NCBI RefSeq assembly: GCF_009914755.1
Contig: NC_060939.1
Length of the DNA: 64,000 nt
Reading direction: 5' to 3' (one strand)
From: the human T2T-CHM13v2.0 reference genome, Homo sapiens
In this document: in pieces, positions 30,001 to 44,100 of the stretch
Layout: the number at the start of each line of letters is the position of its first letter
How positions within the stretch are numbered: position 1 is the stretch's first letter
Translations under genes and position numbers: made by a program
Notes under the pieces: generated by a model
Database searches by the model: none
The model's input: the letters and a program-made list of their open reading frames with translations, nothing else
What the model was told of the DNA's origin: nothing

Positions 30001-33000
30001 TTCCATTCAATTCCATTGCAATCCATTCCATTCGATGTCACTCCATTCATTTCTATTCCATTAGAGTCCATGTCATTCGAGTCCATTCCATTCTATTCTA
30101 TTCCACTCCATTCCATTCCATTCCACTCCATTCCATTCGTTGCCGTTCCATTCAATTCTATTATATTCCACTCCATTTACTTCCATTCCATTCCATTCCA
30201 TTCCATTCTATCCAATTCCGTTCCATTCTATTCCTTTAAAGTCCATTCCATTCCATTCCATTCGTTTCCATTCCATTCGAGTAAAGTCCACTCCAGTCCT
30301 TTCCATTCGAGTCCATTCCTCTCCAGTCCATTCCGTTCAATCCATTCCATTCCAGTCCATTCCATTCGAGTCCGTTCCATTCCAGTCAATTCCATTCGAG
30401 TCAATTCCATTCCATTCGATATCTTTCCATAACGATCCATTCCATTCTATTCCTTTCGATTCCATTCAATTCCATTCTTTCTATTTCATTCCATTCGATT
30501 CCCTTCCATTGGACTCCTTTCCATTCGAGTGCATTCCATTCCGTTCCATTTCTTTCTGTTCTGTATGATTCCTACCGTTCGATTTCATTTTGTTCCAGTC
30601 TATTCCTTTCAAGTGCATTCCATTCCATTTCACTCCATTCGATTCCATTCCACTCGATTCCACTCCGTTCCATTTCACTGCATTCCATTCTATTCAATTC
30701 TATTGCATTCCATTCCATTCCATTTGATTACATTCCATGCGATTCCATTCGAATTCGAATCAATTACATTGAAATCCATTACTATTGAGTCCGTTTTATT
30801 CCAGTCCACTCCATTCTGCTCCATTCCATTTGATTCCATTCCATTCTATTCCATTCCGTACAGTTGCATTCCATTGGATTCCATTCTATATCTATAAATG
30901 CAACTTGAGACCATTGCTTTTGAGTCCATTCTATATGATTCCATTCCATTCAAGTCCATTACATTTGGTTCAATTCCATTCCATTCCATTCCCTTCCATT
31001 CCATTCCATTTGATATCAATCCATACGATTCCATTCCATTCGAGCACATTCCATTCGAGTCCATTCCATTCGATGCCATTCCATTTGATTCTATTCCATT
31101 AGACTCCATTCAATTCCATTAATCTCCATTCCATTCCATTCTACTCCAACTGATTCCATTCCATTCTATTCCTTTCCATTCCATTCCATTCCATTCCATT
31201 CGCTTCCATTCCATTCGTGTCCATTCCACTCCAGTCCATTCCATTCGTGTCCATTCCATTCCAGTCCATTCCATTTGTGTCCACTGCATTCCATTCCACT
31301 CCATTCCATATTATTCCATTACACTCCATTCCATTCTATTACTTTCATTTCCATTCAGTTCCATTCCATTTGATTCCATTCCACTCGGTTTCACTCCATT
31401 TGAGTCCATTCCATTCCATTCCATTCCATTCCATTCTGTTCCATTCCATTCCATTCCATTCCATTGGGTACCATTCCATATTGTTCCATTCGATTCCATT
31501 CGAATCCATTCCATTCCAGTCCATTCCATTCGATTCCATTCCATTCCATTCGATTCCACTTGATTCCACTCCATTCCCTTCCACTGCATTCCATTCGATT
31601 CCATTCCATTGCATTGCATTCCATTCCATTGGATTGCATTCCATTCGATTCCATTCCATTCGAATCAATTACATAGCAATCCATTACATTCGAGTCTGTT
31701 CTATTCCGTTCCATTCGATTTCGTTCCAATCCATTCGATTCCATTCCATTCGATTCCATTCCATACTATTGCATTCCATTCGATTAAATTATACTCGAAT
31801 AAATTCCATTCAAGACCATTTCTGTTGAGTCCATTCTACTTGAGTCCATTCCCTTTGATTCCATAACATTTGAGTCCATTCAATTCCATTCCTTTCGTTT
31901 CCATTCCATTTGATGCCATTCCATTCAATTCTGTTCTACTCGACTCCAATACATTCAATTCCATTCCATCCGATTCCATTACATTCTTTTCATTTCTTAT
32001 CCATTTCAAGCCATTCCATTCCATTCCATTCCATTCCACTCGTTTCCTTTCCATTCGAGTCCATTCCACTCCAGTCCATTCCATTCGAATCCATTTCACT
32101 CCAGTCCATTCCATTCGAATCCATTTCACTCCAGTCCATTAAATTCGAGTACATTCCATTCCATTCTATTCAATGCCATTCCATTCGATTCTATTCCATT
32201 CGACACCATTCCTTTCCATTCCGTTCCATCCGATTCCATTCCATTGTATTCCATTCAATTCCATTCCATTGCATTCCATTCGTTTCCATTCCATTCGAAT
32301 TCATTCCACTCAAGTCCATTCCATTCGAGTCCATTCCATTCGATATCATTCCATACTATTGAATTCCATTCGATTCCATTGTTTTCGAATAAATTCCAAC
32401 CGAGACCATTCCTTTCGTGTCCATTCTATTTGACTGCATTCCATTTGAGTCCATTAAATTTCTGCACATTCCAATCCTTTCCATTCCATTCCATTCCATT
32501 CCTTTTGGTGCCATTCCATTCCACTCTAATCCATTCAAGTCCATTCCATTTGAGTCCATTCCATTGATTCGATGCCATTACATTCAATTCTATTCCATTC
32601 GACTCCATTGCATTCCATTCCCTTCCAAACGATTCCATTAGATTCTATTACTTTCTATTCCAATCCATTCCATTCCGTTCCATTCGTTTCCATTGCATTC
32701 GAGTCCACTCCATTCCAGTCCATTCCATTCGATTCCATTCCATTCCAGTCCATTCCATTCAAGTCCATTCCACTGCATTCCATTCCATTCGATATCCTTC
32801 GATAACACCCCATTCCATTCTGCTCCTTAATATTCAATTCAATTCCATTCCATTTGATTCCATTCCATTTGATTACATTCCATTCGACTCCATTCCATTC
32901 GACTCTATTCCATTCGAGTCCATTCCATTCCATTCCATTGCATTCCGTTCCAATCCCTATTCCATTCCATTTTGTTACTGTCCATTCCATTTGAGTCCAT

Positions 33001-34770
33001 TCCATGACAAACCATTCCATTCGATTCCATTCCAATAGATTCCATTGCACTCGAATCCAGTGCGTTCCATTCCATTGCTTTCCATTCTATTACATTCCAT
33101 TGCATTACATTCCATTCCATTTGATTGCATTCCATTCAATTCCATTAATTTCGAATCAATTACATTGCAATCCATTGCATTCGAGTTCTATTCCAGTCCA
33201 TTGCATTCCGGCGCATGCCGTTCCATTCCATTCCATTCGCTTCCGTTCCATTCGAATCGATTGCATTGCAATGCTTTACATTCAAGTCCGTTTTATTCCA
33301 GTCCAATCCATTCCGGTCCATTCCGTTCGATTCCATTCCATTCGATGCCACTCCATACTATTGTATTTCATTCGATTCCATTCTATTCAAATAAATTCCA
33401 TTCGAGACCATTCCTTTCGAGTCCATTCTATTTGAGTCCATTCCATTCGAGTCCATTATATTTGGGTCCATTCCATTCAATTCCATTGCAATCCATTCCA
33501 TTCGATGTCACTCCATTCATTTCTATTCCATTAGAGTCCATGTCATTCGAGTCCATTCCATTCTATTCTATTCCACTCCATTTCATTCCATTCCACTCCA
33601 TTCCATTCGTTGCCGTTCCATTCAATTCTATTATATTCCACTCCATTTACTTCCATTCCATTCCATTCCATTCCATTCTATCCATTTCCGTTCCATTCTA
33701 TTCCTTTAAAGTCCATTCCATTCCATTCCATTCGTTTCCATTCCATTCGAGTAAAGTCCACTCCAGTCCTTTCCATTCGAGTCCATTCCTCTCCAGTCCA
33801 TTCCGTTCAATCCATTCCATTCCAGTCCATTCCATTCGAGTCCGTTCCATTCCAGTCCATTCCAATCGAGTCAATTCCATTCCATTCGATATCTTTCCAT
33901 AACGATCCATTCCATTCTATTCCTTTCGATTCCATTCAATTCCATTCTTTCTATTTCATTCCATTCGATTCCCTTCCATTGGACTCCTTTCCATTCGAGT
34001 GCATTCCATTCCGTTCCATTTCTTTCTGTTCTGTATGATTCCTACCGTTCGATTTCATTTTGTTCCAGTCTATTCCTTTCAAGTGCATTCCATTCCATTT
34101 CACTCCATTCGATTCCATTCCACTCGATTCCACTCCGTTCCATTTCACTGCATTCCATTCTATTCAATTCTATTGCATTCCATTCCATTCCATTTGATTA
34201 CATTCCATGCGATTCCATTCGAATTCGAATCAATTACATTGAAATCCATTACTATTGAGTCCGTTTTATTCCAGTCCACTCCATTCTGCTCCATTCCATT
34301 TGATTCCATTCCATTCTATTCCATTCCGTACAGTTGCATTCCATTGGATTCCATTCTATATCTATAAATGCAACTTGAGACCATTGCTTTTGAGTCCATT
34401 CTATATGATTCCATTCCATTCAAGTCCATTACATTTGGTTCAATTCCATTCCATTCCATTCCCTTCCATTCCATTCCATTTGATATCAATCCATACGATT
34501 CCATTCCATTCGAGCACATTCCATTCGAGTCCATTCCATTCGATGCCATTCCATTTGATTCTATTCCATTAGACTCCATTCAATTCCATTAATCTCCATT
34601 CCATTCCATTCTACTCCAACTGATTCCATTCCATTCTATTCCTTTCCATTCCATTCCATTCCATTCCATTCGCTTCCATTCCATTCGTGTCCATTCCACT
34701 CCAGTCCATTCCATTCGTGTCCATTCCATTCCAGTCCATTCCATTTGTGTCCACTGCATTCCATTCCACT
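21010..34770 (+). repeat. Tandem duplication of a two-unit block, period 6,950 bp (~21.0-27.9 kb and ~28.0-34.8 kb)
   Basis: Offset is exactly 6,950 for paired ORFs (21104/28054, 22584/29534, 24267/31217, 26054/33004, 27737/34687). Shared rare variants: acattttagt (21441/28391), ccattggttt (21951/28901), gatagcaccc (22381/29331), tccagtcaat (23431/30381), ttcaagtccg (26331/33281), tccaatcgag (26911/33861). Confidence 0.9.
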
Positions 34771-35693
34771 CCATTCCGTATTAATCCATTACACTCCATT
34801 CAATTCTATTACTTTCATTTCCATTCAGTTCCATTCCATTTGATTCCATTCCACTCGGTTTCACTCCATTTGAGTCCATTCCATTCCATTCCATTCCATT
34901 CCATTCCATTCCATTCCATTCCATTCCATTCTGTTCCATTCCATTCCATTCCATTCCATTGGGTACCATTCCATATTGTTCCATTCGATTCCATTCGAAT
35001 CCATTCCATTCCAGTCCATTCCATTCGATTCCATTCCATTCCATTCGATTCCACTTGATTCCATTCCATTCCCTTCCACTGCATTCCATTCGATTCCATT
35101 CCATTGCATTGCACTCCATTCGATTCCATTCCATTCGAATCAATTACATAGCAATCCATTACATTCGAGTCTGTTCTATTCCGTTCCATTCGATTTCGTT
35201 CCAATCCATTCGATTCCATTCCATTCGATTCCATTCCATACTATTGCATTCCATTCGATTAAATTATACTCGAATAAATTCCATTCAAGACCATTTCTTT
35301 TGAGTCCATTCTACTTGAGTCCATTCCCTTTGATTCCATAACATTTGAGTCCATTCAATTCCATTCCTTTCGTTTCCATTCCATTTGATGCCATTCCATT
35401 CAATTCTGTTCTACTCGACTCCAATACATTCAATTCCATTCCAGCCGATTCCATTACATTCTTTTCATTTCTTATCCATTTCAAGCCATTCCATTCCATT
35501 CCATTCCATTCCACTCGTTTCCTTTCCATTCGAGTCCATTCCACTCCAGTCCATTCCATTCGAATCCATTTCACTCCAGTCCATTCCATTCGAATCCATT
35601 TCACTCCAGTCCATTAAATTCGAGTACATTCCATTCCATTCTATTCAATGCCATTCCATTCGATTCTATTCCATTCGACACCATTCAGTTGCA
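34326..35693 (+). repeat. Truncated 1,368-bp unit (about 2.1 kb of the unit missing); junction at 35686-35693 with 8-nt insertion
   Basis: The MQLETIAF anchor recurs at 34368 and 35736 (1,368 bp apart). The junction reads ...cgacaccatt-cagttgca-ccgtacagttgcattcc. In an intact unit these flanks (e.g. 32210 and 34326) are about 2.11 kb apart. Confidence 0.92.
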
Positions 35694-38600
35694 CCGTACA
35701 GTTGCATTCCATTGGATTCCATTCTATATCTATAAATGCAACTTGAGACCATTGCTTTTGAGTCCATTCTATATGATTCCATTCCATTCAAGTCCATTAC
35801 ATTTGGTTCAATTCCATTCCATTCCATTCCCTTCCATTCCATTCCATTTGATATCAATCCATACGATTCCATTCCATTCGAGCACATTCCATTCGAGTCC
35901 ATTCCATTCGATGCCATTCCATTTGATTCTATTCCATTAGACTCCATTCAATTCCATTAATCTCCATTCCATTCCATTCTACTCCAACTGATTCCATTCC
36001 ATTCTATTCCTTTCCATTCCATTCCATTCCATTCCATTCGCTTCCATTCCATTCGTGTCCATTCCACTCCAGTCCATTCCATTCGTGTCCATTCCATTCC
36101 AGTCCATTCCATTTGTGTCCACTGCATTCCATTCCACTCCATTCCATATTATTCCATTACACTCCATTCCATTCTATTACTTTCATTTCCATTCAGTTCC
36201 ATTCCATTTGATTCCATTCCACTCGGTTTCACTCCATTTGAGTCCATTCCATTCCATTCCATTCCATTCCATTCCATTCCATTCCATTCCATTCCATTCT
36301 GTTCCATTCCATTCCATTCCATTCCATTGGGTACCATTCCATATTGTTCCATTCGATTCCATTCGAATCCATTCCATTCCAGTCCATTCCATTAGATTCC
36401 ATTCCATTCCATTCGATTCCACTTGATTCCACTCCATTCCCTTCCACTGCATTCCATTCGATTCCATTCCATTGCATTGCATTCCATTCCATTGGATTGC
36501 ATTCCATTCGATTCCATTCCATTCGAATCAATTACATAGCAATCCATTACATTCGAGTCTGTTCTATTCCGTTCCATTCGATTTCGTTCCAATCCTTTCG
36601 ATTCCATTCCATTCGATTCCATTCCATACTATTGCATTCCATTCGATTAAATTATACTCGAATAAATTCCATTCAAGACCATTTCTGTTGAGTCCATTCT
36701 ACTTGAGTCCATTCCCTTTGATTCCATAACATTTGAGTCCATTCAATTCCATTCCTTTCGTTTCCATTCCATTTGATGCCATTCCATTCAATTCTGTTCT
36801 ACTCGACTCCAATACATTCAATTCCATTCCATCCGATTCCATTACATTCTTTTCATTTCTTATCCATTTCAAGCCATTCCATTCCATTCCATTCCATTCC
36901 ACTCGTTTGCTTTCCATTCGAGTCCATTCCACTCCAGTCCATTCCATTCGAATCCATTTCACTCCAGTCCATTCCATTCGAATCCATTTCACTCCAGTCC
37001 ATTAAATTCGAGTACATTCCATTCCATTCTATTCAATGCCATTCCATTCGATTCTATTCCATTCGACACCATTCCTTTCCATTCCGTTCCATCCGATTCC
37101 ATTCCATTGTATTCCATTCAATTCCATTCCATTGCATTCCATTCGTTTCCATTCCATTCGAATTCATTCCACTCAAGTCCATTCCATTCGAGTCCATTCC
37201 ATTCGATATCATTCCATACTATTGAATTCCATTCGATTCCATTGTTTTCGAATAAATTCCAACCGAGACCATTCCTTTCGTGTCCATTCTATTTGACTGC
37301 ATTCCATTTGAGTCCATTAAATTTCTGCACATTCCATTCCTTTCCATTCCATTCCATTCCATTCCATTCCTTTCGGTGCCATTCCATTCCACTCTAATCC
37401 ATTCAAGTCCATTCCATTTGAGTCCATTCCATTGATTCGATGCCATTACATTCAATTCTATTCCATTCGACTCCATTGCATTCCATTCCCTTCCAAACGA
37501 TTCCATTCCATTCTATTACTTTCTATTCCAATCCATTCCATTCCGTTCCATTCGTTTCCATTCCATTCGAGTCCACTCCATTCCAGTCCATTCCATTCGA
37601 TTCCATTCCATTCCTGTCCATTCCATTCAAGTCCATTCCACTGCATTCCATTCCATTCGATATCCTTCGATAACACCCCATTCCATTCTGCTCCTTAATA
37701 TTCAATTCAATTCCATTCCATTTGATTCCATTCCATTTGATTACATTCCATTCGACTCCATTCCATTCGACTCTATTCCATTCGAGTCCATTCCATTCCA
37801 TTCCATTGCATTCCGTTCGAATCCCTATTCCATTCCATTTTGTTACTGTCCATTCCATTTGAGTCCATTCCATGACAAACCATTCCATTCGATTCAATTC
37901 CAATAGATTCCATTGCACTCGAATCCAGTGCGTTCCATTCCATTGCTTTCCATTGTATTACATTCCATTGCATTACATTCCATTCCATTTGATTGCATTC
38001 CATTCAATTCCATTAATTTCGAATCAATTACATTGCAATCCATTGCATTCGAGTTCTATTCCAGTCCATTGCATTCCGGCGCATGCCGTTCCATTCCATT
38101 CCTTTCGCTTCCGTTCCATTCGAATCGATTGCATTGCAATGCTTTACATTCGAGTCCGTTTTATTCCAGTCCAATCCATTCCGGTCCATTCCGTTCGATT
38201 CCATTCCATTCGATGCCACTCCATACTATTGTATTTCATTCGATTCCATTCTATTCAAATAAATTCCATTCGAGACCATTCCTTTCGAGTCCATTCTATT
38301 TGAGTCCATTCCATTCGAGTCCATTATATTTGGGTCCATTCCATTCAATTCCATTGCAATCCATTCCATTCGATGTCACTCCATTCATTTCTATTCCATT
38401 AGAGTCCATGTCATTCGAGTCCATTCCATTCTATTCTATTCCACTCCATTTCATTCCATTCCACTCCATTCCATTCATTGCCGTTCCATTCAATTCTATT
38501 ATATTCCACTCCATTTACTTCCATTCCATTCCATTCCATTCCATTCTATCCATTTCCGTTCCATTCTATTCCTTTAAAGTCCATTCCATTCCATTCCATT

Positions 38601-39744
38601 CGTTTCCATTCCATTCGAGTAAAGTCCACTCCAGTCCTTTCCATTCGAGTCCATTCCTCTCCAGTCCATTCCTTTCAATCCATTCCATTCCAGTCCATTC
38701 CATTCGAGTCCGTTCCATTCCAGTCCATTCCATTCGAGTCAATTCCATTCCATTCGATATCTTTCCATAACGATCCATTCCATTCTATTCCTTTCGATTC
38801 CATTCAATTCCATTCTTTCTATTTCATTCCATTCGATTCCCTTCCATTGGACTCCTTTCCATTCGAGTGCATTCCATTCCGTTCCATTTCTTTCTGTTCT
38901 GTATGATTCCTACCGTTCGATTTCATTTTGTTCCAGTCTATTCCTTTCAAGTGCATTCCATTCCATTTCACTCCATTCGATTCCATTCCACTCGATTCCA
39001 CTCCGTTCCATTTCACTGCATTCCATTCTATTCAATTCTATTGCATTCCATTCCATTCCATTTGATTACATTCCATGCGATTCCATTCGAATTCGAATCA
39101 ATTACATTGAAATCCATTACTATTGAGTCCGTTTTATTCCAGTCCACTCCATTCTGCTCCATTCCATTTGATTCCATTCCATTCTATTCCATTCCGTACA
39201 GTTGCATTCCATTGGATTCCATTCTATATCTATAAATGCAACTTGAGACCATTGCTTTTGAGTCCATTCTATATGATTCCATTCCATTCAAGTCCATTAC
39301 ATTTGGTTCAATTCCATTCCATTCCATTCCCTTCCATTCCATTCCATTTGATATCAATCCATACGATTCCATTCCATTCGAGCACATTCCATTCGAGTCC
39401 ATTCCATTCGATGCCATTCCATTTGATTCTATTCCATTAGACTCCATTCAATTCCATTAATCTCCATTCCATTCCATTCTACTCCAACTGATTCCATTCC
39501 ATTCTATTCCTTTCCATTCCATTCCATTCCATTCCATTCGCTTCCATTCCATTCGTGTCCATTCCACTCCAGTCCATTCCATTCGTGTCCATTCCATTCC
39601 AGTCCATTCCATTTGTGTCCACTGCATTCCATTCCACTCCATTCCATATTATTCCATTACACTCCATTCCATTCTATTACTTTCATTTCCATTCAGTTCC
39701 ATTCCATTTGATTCCATTCCACTCGGTTTCACTCCATTTGAGTC

Positions 39745-39780
39745 CATTCCATTCCATTCCATTCCATTCCATTCGATTCC
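39745..39780 (+). other. ~120-bp internal deletion in one unit, removing the ctgttcc/gggtacc/catattgtt block
   Basis: Here gagtccatt(ccatt)n runs directly into cgattccacttgatt. The anchor distance is 277 bp (39555 to 39832) versus 392-402 bp in intact units. Confidence 0.9.
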
Positions 39781-40788
39781 ACTTGATTCCACTCCATTCC
39801 CTTCCACTGCATTCCATTCGATTCCATTCCATTGCATTGCATTCCATTCCATTGGATTGCATTCCATTCGATTCCATTCCATTCGAATCAATTACATAGC
39901 AATCCATTACATTCGAGTCTGTTCTATTCCGTTCCATTCGATTTCGTTCCAATCCATTCGATTCCATTCCATTCGATTCCATTCCATACTATTGCATTCC
40001 ATTCGATTAAATTATACTCGAATAAATTCCATTCAAGACCATTTCTGTTGAGTCCATTCTACTTGAGTCCATTCCCTTTGATTCCATAACATTTGAGTCC
40101 ATTCAATTCCATTCCTTTCGTTTCCATTCCATTTGATGCCATTCCATTCAATTCTGTTCTACTCGACTCCAATACATTCAATTCCATTCCATCCGATTCC
40201 ATTACATTCTTTTCATTTCTTATCCATTTCAAGCCATTCCATTCCATTCCATTCCATTCCACTCGTTTCCTTTCCATTCGAGTCCATTCCACTCCAGTCC
40301 ATTCCATTCGAATCCATTTCACTCCAGTCCATTCCATTCGAATCCATTTCACTCCAGTCCATTAAATTCGAGTACATTCCATTCCATTCTATTCAATGCC
40401 ATTCCATTCGATTCTATTCCATTCGACACCATTCCTTTCCATTCCGTTCCATCCGATTCCATTCCATTGTATTCCATTCAATTCCATTCCATTGCATTCC
40501 ATTCGTTTCCATTCCATTCGAATTCATTCCACTCAAGTCCATTCCATTCGAGTCCATTCCATTCGATATCATTCCATACTATTGAATTCCATTCGATTCC
40601 ATTGTTTTCGAATAAATTCCAACCGAGACCATTCCTTTCGTGTCCATTCTATTTGACTGCATTCCATTTGAGTCCATTAAATTTCTGCACATTCCATTCC
40701 TTTCCATTCCATTCCATTCCATTCCTTTCGGTGCCATTCCATTCCACTCTAATCCATTCAAGTCCATTCCATTTGAGTCCATTCCATT

Positions 40789-41146
40789 GATTCGATGCCA
40801 TTACATTCAATTCTATTCCATTCGACTCCATTGCATTCCATTCCCTTCCAAACGATTCCATTCCATTCTATTACTTTCTATTCCAATCCATTCCATTCCG
40901 TTCCATTCGTTTCCATTCCATTCGAGTCCACTCCATTCCAGTCCATTCCATTCGATTCCATTCCATTGATTCGATGCCATTACATTCAATTCTATTCCAT
41001 TCGACTCCATTGCATTCCATTCCCTTCCAAACGATTCCATTCCATTCTATTACTTTCTATTCCAATCCATTCCATTCCGTTCCATTCGTTTCCATTCCAT
41101 TCGAGTCCACTCCATTCCAGTCCATTCCATTCGATTCCATTCCATT
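40789..41146 (+). repeat. 179-bp direct tandem duplication within one unit
   Basis: The segment gattcgatgccattac...cgattccattccatt begins at 40789 and again at 40968. The MPLHSILF ORF starts at 40795 and 40974. Confidence 0.92.
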
Positions 41147-44100
41147 CCAGTCCATTCCATTCAAGTCCATTCCACTGCATTCCATTCCATTCGATATCCT
41201 TCGATAACACCCCATTCCATTCTGCTCCTTAATATTCAATTCAATTCCATTCCATTTGATTCCATTCCATTTGATTACATTCCATTCGACTCCATTCCAT
41301 TCGACTCTATTCCATTCGAGTCCATTCCATTCCATTCCATTGCATTCCGTTCGAATCCCTATTCCATTCCATTTTGTTACTGTCCATTCCATTTGAGTCC
41401 ATTCCATGACAAACCATTCCATTCGATTCAATTCCAATAGATTCCATTGCACTCGAATCCAGTGCGTTCCATTCCATTGCTTTCCATTCTATTACATTCC
41501 ATTGCATTACATTCCATTCCATTTGATTGCATTCCATTCAATTCCATTAATTTCGAATCAATTACATTGCAATCCATTGCATTCGAGTTCTATTCCAGTC
41601 CATTGCATTCCGGCGCATGCCGTTCCATTCCATTCCATTCGCTTCCGTTCCATTCGAATCGATTGCATTGCAATGCTTTACATTCGAGTCCGTTTTATTC
41701 CAGTCCAATCCATTCCGGTCCATTCCGTTCGATTCCATTCCATTCGATGCCACTCCATACTATTGTATTTCATTCGATTCCATTCTATTCAAATAAATTC
41801 CATTCGAGACCATTCCTTTCGAGTCCATTCTATTTGAGTCCATTCCATTCGAGTCCATTATATTTGGGTCCATTCCATTCAATTCCATTGCAATCCATTC
41901 CATTCGATGTCACTCCATTCATTTCTATTCCATTAGAGTCCATGTCATTCGAGTCCATTCCATTCTATTCTATTCCACTCCATTCCATTCCATTCCACTC
42001 CATTCCATTCGTTGCCGTTCCATTCAATTCTATTATATTCCACTCCATTTACTTCCATTCCATTCCATTCCATTCCATTCTATCCAATTCCGTTCCATTC
42101 TATTCCTTTAAAGTCCATTCCATTCCATTCCATTCGTTTCCATTCCATTCGAGTAAAGTCCACTCCAGTCCTTTCCATTCGAGTCCATTCCTCTCCAGTC
42201 CATTCCGTTCAATCCATTCCATTCCAGTCCATTCCATTCGAGTCCGTTCCATTCCAGTCCATTCCATTCGAGTCAATTCCATTCCATTCGATATCTTTCC
42301 ATAACGATCCATTCCATTCTATTCCTTTCGATTCCATTCAATTCCATTCTTTCTATTTCATTCCATTCGATTCCCTTCCATTGGACTCCTTTCCATTCGA
42401 GTGCATTCCATTCCGTTCCATTTCTTTCTGTTCTGTATGATTCCTACCGTTCGATTTCATTTTGTTCCAGTCTATTCCTTTCAAGTGCATTCCATTCCAT
42501 TTCACTCCATTCGATTCCATTCCACTCGATTCCACTCCGTTCCATTTCACTGCATTCCATTCTATTCAATTCTATTGCATTCCATTCCATTCCATTTGAT
42601 TACATTCCATGCGATTCCATTCGAATTCGAATCAATTACATTGAAATCCATTACTATTGAGTCCGTTTTATTCCAGTCCACTCCATTCTGCTCCATTCCA
42701 TTTGATTCCATTCCATTCTATTCCATTCCGTACAGTTGCATTCCATTGGATTCCATTCTATATCTATAAATGCAACTTGAGACCATTGCTTTTGAGTCCA
42801 TTCTATATGATTCCATTCCATTCAAGTCCATTACATTTGGTTCAATTCCATTCCATTCCATTCCCTTCCATTCCATTCCATTTGATATCAATCCATACGA
42901 TTCCATTCCATTCGAGCACATTCCATTCGAGTCCATTCCATTCGATGCCATTCCATTTGATTCTATTCCATTAGACTCCATTCAATTCCATTAATCTCCA
43001 TTCCATTCCATTCTACTCCAACTGATTCCATTCCATTCTATTCCTTTCCATTCCATTCCATTCCATTCCATTCGCTTCCATTCCATTCGTGTCCATTCCA
43101 CTCCAGTCCATTCCATTCGTGTCCATTCCATTCCAGTCCATTCCATTTGTGTCCACTGCATTCCATTCCACTCCATTCCATATTATTCCATTACACTCCA
43201 TTCCATTCTATTACTTTCATTTCCATTCAGTTCCATTCCATTTGATTCCATTCCACTCGGTTTCACTCCATTTGAGTCCATTCCATTCCATTCCATTCCA
43301 TTCCATTCCATTCCATTCTGTTCCATTCCATTCCATTCCATTCCATTGGGTACCATTCCATATTGTTCCATTCGATTCCATTCGAATCCATTCCATTCCA
43401 GTCCATTCCATTCGATTCCATTCCATTCCATTCGATTCCACTTGATTCCACTCCATTCCCTTCCACTGCATTCCATTCGATTCCATTCCATTGCATTGCA
43501 TTCCATTCCATTGGATTGCATTCCATTCGATTCCATTCCATTCGAATCAATTACATAGCAATCCATTACATTCGAGTCTGTTCTATTCCGTTCCATTCGA
43601 TTTCGTTCCAATCCATTCGATTCCATTCCATTCGATTCCATTCCATACTATTGCATTCCATTCGATTAAATTATACTCGAATAAATTCCATTCAAGACCA
43701 TTTCTGTTGAGTCCATTCTACTTGAGTCCATTCCCTTTGATTCCATAACATTTGAGTCCATTCAATTCCATTCCTTTCGTTTCCATTCCATTTGATGCCA
43801 TTCCATTCAATTCTGTTCTACTCGACTCCAATACATTCAATTCCATTCCATCCGATTCCATTACATTCTTTTCATTTCTTATCCATTTCAAGCCATTCCA
43901 TTCCATTCCATTCCATTCCACTCGTTTGCTTTCCATTCGAGTCCATTCCACTCCAGTCCATTCCATTCGAATCCATTTCACTCCAGTCCATTCCATTCGA
44001 ATCCATTTCACTCCAGTCCATTAAATTCGAGTACATTCCATTCCATTCTATTCAATGCCATTCCATTCGATTCTATTCCATTCGACACCATTCCTTTCCA

